Part shown: in pieces, positions 47,871-56,482 of the stretch
Layout of the letters: every line of letters starts with the position of its first letter
How positions within the stretch are numbered: position 1 is the first letter of the stretch
Assembly: GCA_934096805.1 (NCBI GenBank)
Contig: CAKOMW010000002.1
Span: 139,736 to 203,735 of the forward strand
DNA length: 64,000 nucleotides
Direction of reading: 5' to 3'
Source: an uncultured Bacilli bacterium
GTDB taxonomy: Bacteria > Bacillota_I > Bacilli_A > RF39 > UBA660
Made by a program: the position numbers and the translations under genes
Notes under the pieces: generated by a model
What the model was told of the DNA's origin: nothing
Seen by the model: only the letters and a program-made list of their open reading frames with translations
Databases searched by the model: none

Positions 47871-48644
47871 CTACATCATCTCCCTATGCAAAATTATATC
47901 AACATCCCCTAGTAAAAATTTGTCATTTGATAAACCAATTAATACATTATATTTATAACCAATATCTTTTATGAAGATTTTATCAATAAAAAAACATTTC
48001 ATCAAACCATTGCCACTTATAGTATTATAGGGAACGTATATATACTTATCACTTTCTAAATTAATATTTTTATTAAGCACTAAAATAGGTTTATCAAAAT
48101 ATGGGTCATATAAATTATTACCAGTATCTAAATAACCAATTAAATTTAAAATATCAGAGCCATTATATAAAGTAACACTATAAAGATTAGATAAATTATT
48201 CTTATAACTTTTACTAAGACGAACATACAAAACTATTATAAAAATAGAAACCATTAAAATTAAAATATTATTTAAAGAAAAACCATTAGTAAAGAAAATA
48301 ACTCCCGAAGATGCTTCCCCTCTTTCAATATTAATTAAATATAAAGAACCACCAAGAATAATAGAAAGCACTATTAAATAAACAAGATTAATAAATGTAT
48401 ATTTAATACTTTTATAAGAAAAAGTAATTATAAGCATAACAATTCCTAAAAACATTTTAATAAAAAAGAATAGTAACCCTCCAATAGATAAAAAAAGAAT
48501 AAAAACAGATAATCCTCCAAACAAAGCACCAAGTATTATTCTTTTTAACTTAGCATTTCTTTTTAAAATAGTATTTATTCCATAAAGAATAATAAAATCA
48601 AATAAAAAATTAATAAAAAAAACATAATCTAAGTATATAGTCAT
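47871..48644 (-). CDS. spoIIGA: sigma-E processing peptidase SpoIIGA
   Basis: MTIYLDYVFFINFLFDFIILYGINTILKR N-terminus and aspartic protease motif GYLDTGNNLYDP, both colinear with B. subtilis SpoIIGA. Confidence 0.8.
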   Translation of the reverse strand: MTIYLDYVFFINFLFDFIILYGINTILKRNAKLKRIILGALFGGLSVFILFLSIGGLLFFFIKMFLGIVMLIITFSYKSIKYTFINLVYLIVLSIILGGSLYLINIERGEASSGVIFFTNGFSLNNILILMVSIFIIVLYVRLSKSYKNNLSNLYSVTLYNGSDILNLIGYLDTGNNLYDPYFDKPILVLNKNINLESDKYIYVPYNTISGNGLMKCFFIDKIFIKDIGYKYNVLIGLSNDKFLLGDVDIILHREMM

Positions 48645-48705
48645 AATACCACCAAGTAAATTATATAAACTATATAAATAAAAATATGTCGAAAAAAAGA
48701 TATCA

Positions 48706-49563
48706 CTATCCTATAGCAATATCTCCCTCTTTACTATTTACTTTAAGTTGATACATTCCTTTATAAGCTTTACCAATTACTACATCACCAGTAGTTTTAC
48801 CAACGCTAACTGAAGCATTTTTAACTTTACGTATAGCAATATCCCCATCATTTGTACTAATACTAGAATTATTAGTTAAATTAATTCCATTAATAGCAAT
48901 ATCTCCTGATACAGTTTTAATATTAGCTTCATCTCTTATTTTATTTACAGCAACATCTCCATCTATTGTATTAATATCTAAAACATGAACTTTATTAATA
49001 GCAATATCCCCATCATCACTCTTAATAGTGGCTTTATTAATTTTACTTAAAGCAATATCTCCGTTAGTAGTATTAATATTTACACTAATCTTGTAATCAT
49101 TACATATAGCAATATCTCCATCAGTAGACACAACATCAACAGTACCAATATAACTTTTAGGTAAGAAAAGAACTAATTTTTGTTTTAAAAAACCTTTCTT
49201 TTCAGAAAAACTATGGTCTATAGCATTAATAACTAAATTCCCTCCATTAGAAGAAGATAATTCAATATTATCCTTATCTGTACCATAATACTTAAGAATA
49301 ATCTTATCACCAGAAGTCTTTTTAATAGCAAGATCATAATATAAAGTATCAAGTTCAATGTCTTTAACCTCAGAAATATTATACTGTTTTTCAAAGACTA
49401 AATTAAGTCTTAAATCAATAACTCCACATAAACGAAGTAGCATAAGTATTACAAAAACACTTACAAAAACTAAAATAATAATATTATTCCTACTAAGTTT
49501 CTTATCTTTAGCTTTAACATCATTACTTACATCTTTTTTCTTTTCATTATCTTTTTTACTCAT
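48706..49563 (-). CDS. DUF4097-like membrane-anchored protein with GDIAI beta-helix repeats
   Basis: N-terminal TM then nine or more repeats of [T/D]NGDIAI[N/R]K. Confidence 0.5.
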   Translation of the reverse strand: MSKKDNEKKKDVSNDVKAKDKKLSRNNIIILVFVSVFVILMLLRLCGVIDLRLNLVFEKQYNISEVKDIELDTLYYDLAIKKTSGDKIILKYYGTDKDNIELSSSNGGNLVINAIDHSFSEKKGFLKQKLVLFLPKSYIGTVDVVSTDGDIAICNDYKISVNINTTNGDIALSKINKATIKSDDGDIAINKVHVLDINTIDGDVAVNKIRDEANIKTVSGDIAINGINLTNNSSISTNDGDIAIRKVKNASVSVGKTTGDVVIGKAYKGMYQLKVNSKEGDIAIG

Positions 49564-49719
49564 AACTAAACTCCTTTTTATTTATATTTTTAATAGGCTT
49601 AAGAGGTCTGTGCGACAAGCGATATTAGAACATTATACAAATTACACTCTATTTATTTACTAATCTTATTTTCTACTGCTCGCCGCAAAATTTTACCTTG
49701 CAGGCTCGCTCATGTTTAC

Positions 49720-51150
49720 TCAACTGATACTAAGAGTATACGGACTACTTGAAGTTCCTTCTCCACCTGAAATCTTTACGTTAGATGACAGACTTAGGAC
49801 TGGGCGGACCGCAAACTCGTAGTTGTAGAAGTAGTTGGCGTTAAGGACACCGCCGGCATCAGCAACAAGGAAAGCGCCGTGGGAAATGTCTGAATACTGC
49901 GGAAGTAACCATGTATCTGCACTTTTATCTAACCAATTATTTGTTGTTTTACAACTTGCAGAGTTATTATATTTATATAAGTTCTGTGTACATTCTTTTG
50001 ATGCTCCATATCCATAATCACTTGCATACATTATAGCTATCTTTTTAGATGAATCACTTTGCATTATTGGATTTGTTCCATAATAATATCCTGTTCTATT
50101 GGCATCATTCTTTCTTTCATATTGCCACATTACATCTGATGTAATTTCTGGATAATTATTATATCCTCCAAGATAATATTTTGTTGTACCTATCATGTTT
50201 TTTGCATCAGTAGTCAAGGTATTATAATAATCATTATTTAAGTATGTATTTAATGTTGCAGTTGTCCAGTTATTTGTAATTTTTGTAGTCCAATGCATAT
50301 TCCCTATGGATTCATTTCTTACTATTTTAATTCTATTTTCTACATTGCCATCTGTATCTTCAGTAGGAATTACTCCGATGATTCTCCATACCTCATTGTT
50401 AAATGTTACATAGTTTTTTACTACTGAGTCTCCTCCCCTGTATCTGTACTCTGTAGCAAAGTTGTCATCTACTTGGAGAGTATCATCTATTCCGTGAGTA
50501 ATTTTTTCAATACCATTTGTGCCTACTGGTATATTTAATAATGGTACCATTTCTTTTGGAGCATCCTCATTATTCACATTAACTCTAAACTTATAACTAT
50601 AAGTAGCTTTGTTAAGTTTATCTGCATCAAAGTTATAGTCTAACCAAGCTCTTAGTCTATATGTTGTTTCATGTTCATTTACCGAGGTTGTAAATGTTTC
50701 TTCTTGTGATTTTATTACATAACTATTTAACTTATTTATAGTGGTAGGTCCAGTTACTAATGTTTCTGTATTGTTTTCTACTTTAGTAAGATATACTTTT
50801 ATATTACTATCTGTAAAACTAGTATAATTATTATTAATAGTTAATGGTTCTAAAACTATATTATAATTCATTTTTCTATCTTCATTAGTGGTCATCATAC
50901 TATATACTTTAAATTCAAAGTAATTAGAACTATTAATACCTTTCTTATCACTAGTAGGAAGAACATTAGTAAGACTTATTTCATTTGTTTCAGCATAAGA
51001 CATCTTTACTTGTCCAGTTGTTATTTTATTACCTAAAGTTGCTAAACCTACATTATATACTGCATAACCTGCGAATGATATAACACTAATCATAAAAAGC
51101 GACAGTGTTATCATCATTAATATTTTTTTACTTTTACTCATATTATCCAT
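49720..51150 (-). CDS. Surface protein paralog B with C-terminal C-type-lectin-like domain
   Basis: signal-anchor ILMMITLSLFMISVISFAGYAVYNVG; C-terminal half homologous to copy A; hypervariable block at 49813-49881. Confidence 0.75.
   Translation of the reverse strand: MDNMSKSKKILMMITLSLFMISVISFAGYAVYNVGLATLGNKITTGQVKMSYAETNEISLTNVLPTSDKKGINSSNYFEFKVYSMMTTNEDRKMNYNIVLEPLTINNNYTSFTDSNIKVYLTKVENNTETLVTGPTTINKLNSYVIKSQEETFTTSVNEHETTYRLRAWLDYNFDADKLNKATYSYKFRVNVNNEDAPKEMVPLLNIPVGTNGIEKITHGIDDTLQVDDNFATEYRYRGGDSVVKNYVTFNNEVWRIIGVIPTEDTDGNVENRIKIVRNESIGNMHWTTKITNNWTTATLNTYLNNDYYNTLTTDAKNMIGTTKYYLGGYNNYPEITSDVMWQYERKNDANRTGYYYGTNPIMQSDSSKKIAIMYASDYGYGASKECTQNLYKYNNSASCKTTNNWLDKSADTWLLPQYSDISHGAFLVADAGGVLNANYFYNYEFAVRPVLSLSSNVKISGGEGTSSSPYTLSIS
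49813..49881 (-). other. hypervariable block (DGR VR-like) in copy B
   Basis: 14 of 23 codons NNC (cac, ggc, ttc, gcc, gtc, aac, tac ...); flanked 3' by 40 nt identical to copy A (gcggtccgcccagtcctaagtctgtcatctaacgtaaagat). Confidence 0.55.
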
Positions 51151-51271
51151 ACTGTAACCTCTCTTTATTATCTATTACAATTATATAAAATATTTAATGC
51201 TTTGTAAAGATATCTTTCTTTTTAATTTTACATTATTTTAATTTTTTGTTAAAATGTATGTGGTGGTTTAT

Positions 51272-52390
51272 ATGAATATAATTGGATTAATCGCAGAATA
51301 TAACCCTTTTCACTTGGGTCATGTTTATCATATTAAAAAAATAAAAGAAATGTATCCTGATTCTTTACTTGTATGTGTTATGTCTTCTTGTTTTTGTGAA
51401 CGTGGTGAAGTAAGTGTTCTTAATAAGTGGGATAAAACTAAATTATGTCTTAATAATGGTATAGATATTGTTATTGAGCTTCCTTTTGTTTTTTCTTCTC
51501 AAAGTGCCGATATTTTTGCTAAAGGTGCAGTTGGAATATTAAATGCTATGGGAGTAAATAAGATTGTTTTTGGTAGTGAGTCTAATGATATAAAACTATT
51601 ATCTGACATTGCAAATCTTCAAGTAAATAATAATAAGTTTGATACTTTAGTTAAATCTTATTTAGATAAGGGTAATAATTATCCTACTAGTTTATCTCTT
51701 TCATTAAAACATTTTAATATTAAAAAAATTGATAGTCCAAATGATTTACTTGGTATTTCTTATATAAAAGAAATTATAAAAAATGAATATAATATTGAAC
51801 CAATAAGTATTAAAAGAATTAATAACTATCATGCTAAAGAAATAGATAATGAAATAATTAGTGCTAGTTTAATTAGAAAATTAATTAATGATAACAAAGA
51901 TATATCTAGTTATATTAACTATGATGATAAAATTATCTATAGAAATACTAATTATTTAGATTTATTAAAATATAAAGTTAGTATTAGTAAAGACTTATCT
52001 ATATATAAAACAGTTGATGAAGGAATTGAATCAAGATTATTAAAGTATATTAATGATTGTTTTTCTTTAGATGACTTAGTTTCTAGAATTAAAACTAAAA
52101 GATATACTTATAACAAAATAAATAGAATGTTAATTCATATTCTAACTGATTTTAAAAAGAATGATTTTAATAATGAATTATCTTACATAAGAGTATTAGG
52201 TTTTAATAGCAATGGTAAAAAATATTTAAATACTATAAAGAAAAATGTTAGTATACCTCTTATTACTAATTATAAAAGTAATTTATATAAAGAACTTGAT
52301 ATTGAGTACAGAGTCACTAAAATATATTCTCTTATTGTAAAAGATGATAGCTTAATAAAAAAAGAATTAAATAAGCCAATAATTATTTAA
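51272..52390 (+). CDS. tmcAL: tRNA(Met) cytidine acetate ligase TmcAL (YlbM family nucleotidyltransferase)
   Basis: GLIAEYNPFHLGHVYHIKK (HxGH-like), VCVMSSCFCERGE, ELPFVFSSQSADIFAKGAV colinear with B. subtilis YlbM. Confidence 0.75.
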   Translation: MNIIGLIAEYNPFHLGHVYHIKKIKEMYPDSLLVCVMSSCFCERGEVSVLNKWDKTKLCLNNGIDIVIELPFVFSSQSADIFAKGAVGILNAMGVNKIVFGSESNDIKLLSDIANLQVNNNKFDTLVKSYLDKGNNYPTSLSLSLKHFNIKKIDSPNDLLGISYIKEIIKNEYNIEPISIKRINNYHAKEIDNEIISASLIRKLINDNKDISSYINYDDKIIYRNTNYLDLLKYKVSISKDLSIYKTVDEGIESRLLKYINDCFSLDDLVSRIKTKRYTYNKINRMLIHILTDFKKNDFNNELSYIRVLGFNSNGKKYLNTIKKNVSIPLITNYKSNLYKELDIEYRVTKIYSLIVKDDSLIKKELNKPIII

Positions 52391-52409
52391 TTCTTTTATT
52401 TTCACTTTT

Positions 52410-53381
52410 TTATTCATCATCTTCAAGAGCAATTATAATATTGTGTGCTATTCTTTCTATTACAGGGACAGCAACACTATTACCAGCTTGTTTATATAGT
52501 TTAGCATCAGACATATTTTCTGGTAATTTATATTTTTTAGGATATCCTTGTGCATAGAAACATTCTAAAGGAGTAAGTTTTCTAATTCCATATTTTGTTT
52601 TTATAAGAGGAACATTGTGTCCTCCTTCTCCCATATTAGCGGTCAAGGTTGGTACTAGTTTGCTTTGATTTTTTCTTACGTATCTTCTTCTCCATTGATA
52701 TACTGTAGAATCATCGTCCATTTCTTTTTCTAGCATGTTATACATTTCATCTTTATATTTTCCTTTTGTATAATAATATTTATCTAAAACTTTGTTTTCA
52801 TAATCAAATATGTCTTTTATTTGTTTTTTTAATGGTATTGGCAAAGGCATTTTAAACTTTTCATAGTCTTTTTTTTCTCTAAAGGCTACAATATAAACTC
52901 TTTCTCTGTTTTGTGGAATATTGCCGTATTCACAGGCATTTAATATTTGGGAACTTATTTTTCCTTTATATCCTGCTTTTTCTAAACATTTTATAACAGT
53001 ATTAAATGTATTACCATTATCATGTCCAACTAAATTTTTAACATTTTCTAAAAAGATTACTCTAGGTTTTCTTTTTTTAAATATTCTTTCCATTTCAAAG
53101 AATAAATCTCCTGTTTTATCGTCTTGAAATCCTTTTCTATATCCTGCAACAGAAAAAGAAGTACATGGGAATCCCCCGACCATAATGTCGAATTCAGGTA
53201 TATCATCAATTAAAACATCATGAATATCTCTGCAGTCAACTTTATTTTTAAAATTTAATTCATATGTTTCCTTAGCAAATTTATCAAATTCATTTGCATA
53301 AACAATTTCACATTTTTTAGTGTTTAAAAAACCTAAATCAATCCCTCCGACTCCAGCGAATAAACTACATATTTTATACAT
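52410..53381 (-). CDS. DNA (cytosine-5)-methyltransferase
   Basis: motif I LFAGVGGIDLGF, motif IV GGFPCTSFS, motif VI ENV, motif X QAGNSVAVPV; start with RBS gggagg. Confidence 0.8.
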   Translation of the reverse strand: MYKICSLFAGVGGIDLGFLNTKKCEIVYANEFDKFAKETYELNFKNKVDCRDIHDVLIDDIPEFDIMVGGFPCTSFSVAGYRKGFQDDKTGDLFFEMERIFKKRKPRVIFLENVKNLVGHDNGNTFNTVIKCLEKAGYKGKISSQILNACEYGNIPQNRERVYIVAFREKKDYEKFKMPLPIPLKKQIKDIFDYENKVLDKYYYTKGKYKDEMYNMLEKEMDDDSTVYQWRRRYVRKNQSKLVPTLTANMGEGGHNVPLIKTKYGIRKLTPLECFYAQGYPKKYKLPENMSDAKLYKQAGNSVAVPVIERIAHNIIIALEDDE

Positions 53382-53462
53382 GTGATTACCTCCCCTGCGG
53401 CGTGCCGCAAATAAATACGAACTTAAAATGAGTAAATTCATCTTTTCCTTTCATATTTATTT

Positions 53463-53990
53463 TTAAATATTCTTTTTTTCAATTCTTCCTCTTCGGATAT
53501 TAAAGATAACAGTTGGTTCAATTTCCAAATCATTAATTATTTTATCAATTATACTAAAGTGTGGTCTTTTTCCTTGTTTTTGATATGATTCAACAGTGCC
53601 ATATGAAGATATTTCTATTTGTTTTAATTGTTCTGAGTTAATTCCTGTATCATATACATATAGCATATTTGTATCAAGATTAAATCTTAAAAAGACTAAG
53701 TCATCAAATTCACATTTTGGACCAAAACTACTCAAGTCTCCATCAAAATTACTTGTAGCTTTGAACTCAATCTTTTTGCCATCTCGTGTCTTAGCATCTC
53801 CCCCAGACTTTTTATTCCATAAAAGATCTAGGCAATAGCAACCCATTGGTTCACTGATTGCATCTGGCATATTCATACCTCTTGATACTAAGCTTTTAAT
53901 ATATGTATTCAAATCTTTCCATTTAAAATAAGCATCACAAGTTTCTTGTATTCTTAGTTCATCAATTTCTACTAAATAATTATTTTTCAT
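53463..53990 (-). CDS. putative type II restriction endonuclease (cognate of the adjacent C5-MTase)
   Basis: 175-aa ORF immediately upstream of and co-oriented with the MTase; small size and position typical of a type IIP REase; family not assignable from sequence alone. Confidence 0.4.
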   Translation of the reverse strand: MKNNYLVEIDELRIQETCDAYFKWKDLNTYIKSLVSRGMNMPDAISEPMGCYCLDLLWNKKSGGDAKTRDGKKIEFKATSNFDGDLSSFGPKCEFDDLVFLRFNLDTNMLYVYDTGINSEQLKQIEISSYGTVESYQKQGKRPHFSIIDKIINDLEIEPTVIFNIRRGRIEKKNI

Positions 53991-54060
53991 TCAATAATAC
54001 CTAAGTGAATTTACTCATAAATAAATTATAACATATTTTTAGTGATTTTTATAATTATTT

Positions 54061-54094
54061 TTGCTTAAAAATAAAAGAGTTATTATACTCTTTT
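54061..54094 (-). terminator. rho-independent terminator
   Basis: aaaagagt-ataata-actctttt followed by atttttaagc on the minus strand. Confidence 0.55.
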
Positions 54095-54524
54095 ACAATA
54101 TCTCAATTTCTTCGATTAAGTCTAATTGTTCCATTAAAGCATTTCTTATTTTCTTTTTACAAATAAGAATATTTTTATTTAGTAATTCTTTATCGTTTTG
54201 TATTTTTTGGGCTTTTATTAAAGCATCATTAACTATTCTACTAGCATTATCTTTAGCTTCTTTTACAATCAAATCAGCTTGACGTTCTGCTAATCTTTTT
54301 ATTTCTGAAGTTGTATATTCAGTTTGACTATTTAAATAAGTATAAGAAGATTCCATTTTTTTATATTGTTCTAATTCCTTATTTAATCTTGCTATTTCAT
54401 CTCTTTGATTTCTAATAGTTAGAACATTCTCTTCTGTTTTTTTTATTACATAATCAACAAACTCATTAACTTCATTTTTATTATAACCCATTGTTTCTTG
54501 ACTGAAATTGTCCATACAAAACAC
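54093..54524 (-). CDS. DivIVA-domain protein
   Basis: N-terminal GYNKNEVNEFVDYV and coiled coil. Confidence 0.6.
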   Translation of the reverse strand: MFCMDNFSQETMGYNKNEVNEFVDYVIKKTEENVLTIRNQRDEIARLNKELEQYKKMESSYTYLNSQTEYTTSEIKRLAERQADLIVKEAKDNASRIVNDALIKAQKIQNDKELLNKNILICKKKIRNALMEQLDLIEEIEIL

Positions 54525-54530
54525 CTCTAA

Positions 54531-54935
54531 TTACCAATCTAATTCGTTTTCTTCTTTTTTACTTTTACTTCCTTTTTCTCCTTCACTTATTTTGCCTTCA
54601 ACATTAAAGTTATTTGGAGCACATAAAAATATTCCATTTCCTAGCTTTTGCATAGTTCCCCCAATAGCATAAATTGTACCACCAAGAAAGTCTACAATTC
54701 TTTTAGCAACTTCTGGAGTTACTCTTTTTAAATTCACTACTACAGAGCATCTCTTTTTAAGATAATCTGCTATTTGTTGTGATTCTGAATAAGCACGAGG
54801 CTCCATAAGAATCATTTGAGCTCCTCCGACCATATCTTTAAAGCCCTCATTTGTTTCATAGTATTCGTCTTCTTTTTTATCTGGGCTTTTTTTATCATCA
54901 CCAATAAAACTTTTAAAATCAAATTTCATAATCAT
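54531..54935 (-). CDS. sepF: cell division protein SepF
   Basis: C-terminal SepF domain VVVNLKRVTPEVAKRIVDFLGGTIYAIGGTMQKLGNGIFLCAP. Confidence 0.75.
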   Translation of the reverse strand: MIMKFDFKSFIGDDKKSPDKKEDEYYETNEGFKDMVGGAQMILMEPRAYSESQQIADYLKKRCSVVVNLKRVTPEVAKRIVDFLGGTIYAIGGTMQKLGNGIFLCAPNNFNVEGKISEGEKGSKSKKEENELDW

Positions 54936-55038
54936 TCCTCCAACTAGTATTCATATATATGATATCAAAAACAAAAGACAATTTCAATATTTTTTACAAA
55001 TAAATTAAAAGATATCAATCTTTAGTTGACATCTTTTA

Positions 55039-55323
55039 TTATCTTGTAACTTGCTTTGTAAGTTTTTCTAATTCTTCTGATGTGGCATTTATTTTAGTTT
55101 GCTTTTTTAATGCTAAAGCAAATAATAGTCCCGATGACACAATCATAGTATATGCAGGAACTGAGCACACATAATCACTTACTTCTTGCATGAATGGTGC
55201 ACCGAGTCCTACAAAGCCTCCACTTATCCCTAAACTAAGTGAACCACATATATAATACTTTTGTTTAGTTTTTAAATTGTTTATATTTATTTTTAAGTTT
55301 TCTATTCTTTTATTTTCTTTCAT
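55039..55323 (-). CDS. small hypothetical membrane protein
   Basis: 94 aa, two hydrophobic segments. Confidence 0.35.
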   Translation of the reverse strand: MKENKRIENLKININNLKTKQKYYICGSLSLGISGGFVGLGAPFMQEVSDYVCSVPAYTMIVSSGLLFALALKKQTKINATSEELEKLTKQVTR

Positions 55324-55341
55324 AAAACCCCCAAAGTCTAG

Positions 55342-56469
55342 TTATTGTTTTAAAAACTTTTCATACTTTTCTATATTTTTATCAGTTAAATCTGTATGAG
55401 ATAGTTTTTCAATTAGACTTTTTTGTTCTCTAGATAATTTCTTAGGGATAACTATTTTTAATTTTACATAGAAATCTCCATAGTTGGAATAGTTTACATC
55501 TTTTACACCTTTTCCTTTTATTCTAAGAACATCGTTTGATTCACTACCTGCTGGTATTGTAAGCGAAACAGTGCCTTTTGGTAGTTTTATATCTTTTTTA
55601 CAACCATTAATGGCTTCAACTATGGTAATAGGAAGTTCTAGAATCAAATCATTTCCATGTCTTTCATAAAAATTATGATCTTTTACTTTGAATTCTATAT
55701 ATAAATCTCCATTTTCACCACCATCCATTGATGGTTCTCCAAGATTAGAAAGTCTAATTCTATTACCATTGTCTATACCTTCTGGTACAGTAACAGTTAT
55801 TGTTTTTTCTACTTTTTGTACTCCCTTGCCACGACATTTAGAACAAGATTTTTCAAAAGTAACGCCTTTTCCTTTACAATCAGGACATGTTGTTTTAGAT
55901 AAGAAACTACCAAACATTGTATTTTGTTGTTTTGTAACAGTTCCACTTCCATGACATGTTTCACAGTTATGTTCTTTAAAACCACCTTTTCCATCACATT
56001 CACTGCATTTTTCAGTAGTAGTTATTTCTATATCTTTTTTACAACCTAGAATAGCTTCCATAAAAGTAATATTCATTACTAAAAGGGAATCATTTCCACG
56101 GGTATTTCTTCTTTTTCTACTGCTTGAGAATCCTGAAAAACCTGAGAATCCTCCGAAGCCTCCACCCATTCCTCCGAATAAATCATCTAATATATCAGAC
56201 AGATCTATATCTTGGAAGTTGAAATCAAATCCTCCGGCACCTGGTCCTTCGAACGCAGCATGGCCATATTGGTCATATTTCTTACGTTTATCAGGATCAG
56301 ATAAAACAGCATAAGCTTCTTGAGCTTCTTTAAATTTTTCAGCTGCGTCTTCTTCTTTAGAAACATCTGGATGATATTTTTTAGCAAGACGCCTAAATGC
56401 CAATTTTATATCAGATTCACTAGCATTTTTATCTATTCCAAGAATCTCATAATAATCTCTTTTTGTCAT
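55342..56469 (-). CDS. dnaJ: molecular chaperone DnaJ
   Basis: J domain with HPD (KYHPDVSK), G/F-rich linker, four CxxCxGxG zinc-finger repeats. Confidence 0.95.
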   Translation of the reverse strand: MTKRDYYEILGIDKNASESDIKLAFRRLAKKYHPDVSKEEDAAEKFKEAQEAYAVLSDPDKRKKYDQYGHAAFEGPGAGGFDFNFQDIDLSDILDDLFGGMGGGFGGFSGFSGFSSSRKRRNTRGNDSLLVMNITFMEAILGCKKDIEITTTEKCSECDGKGGFKEHNCETCHGSGTVTKQQNTMFGSFLSKTTCPDCKGKGVTFEKSCSKCRGKGVQKVEKTITVTVPEGIDNGNRIRLSNLGEPSMDGGENGDLYIEFKVKDHNFYERHGNDLILELPITIVEAINGCKKDIKLPKGTVSLTIPAGSESNDVLRIKGKGVKDVNYSNYGDFYVKLKIVIPKKLSREQKSLIEKLSHTDLTDKNIEKYEKFLKQ

Positions 56470-56482
56470 ACTACTCCTTCTT

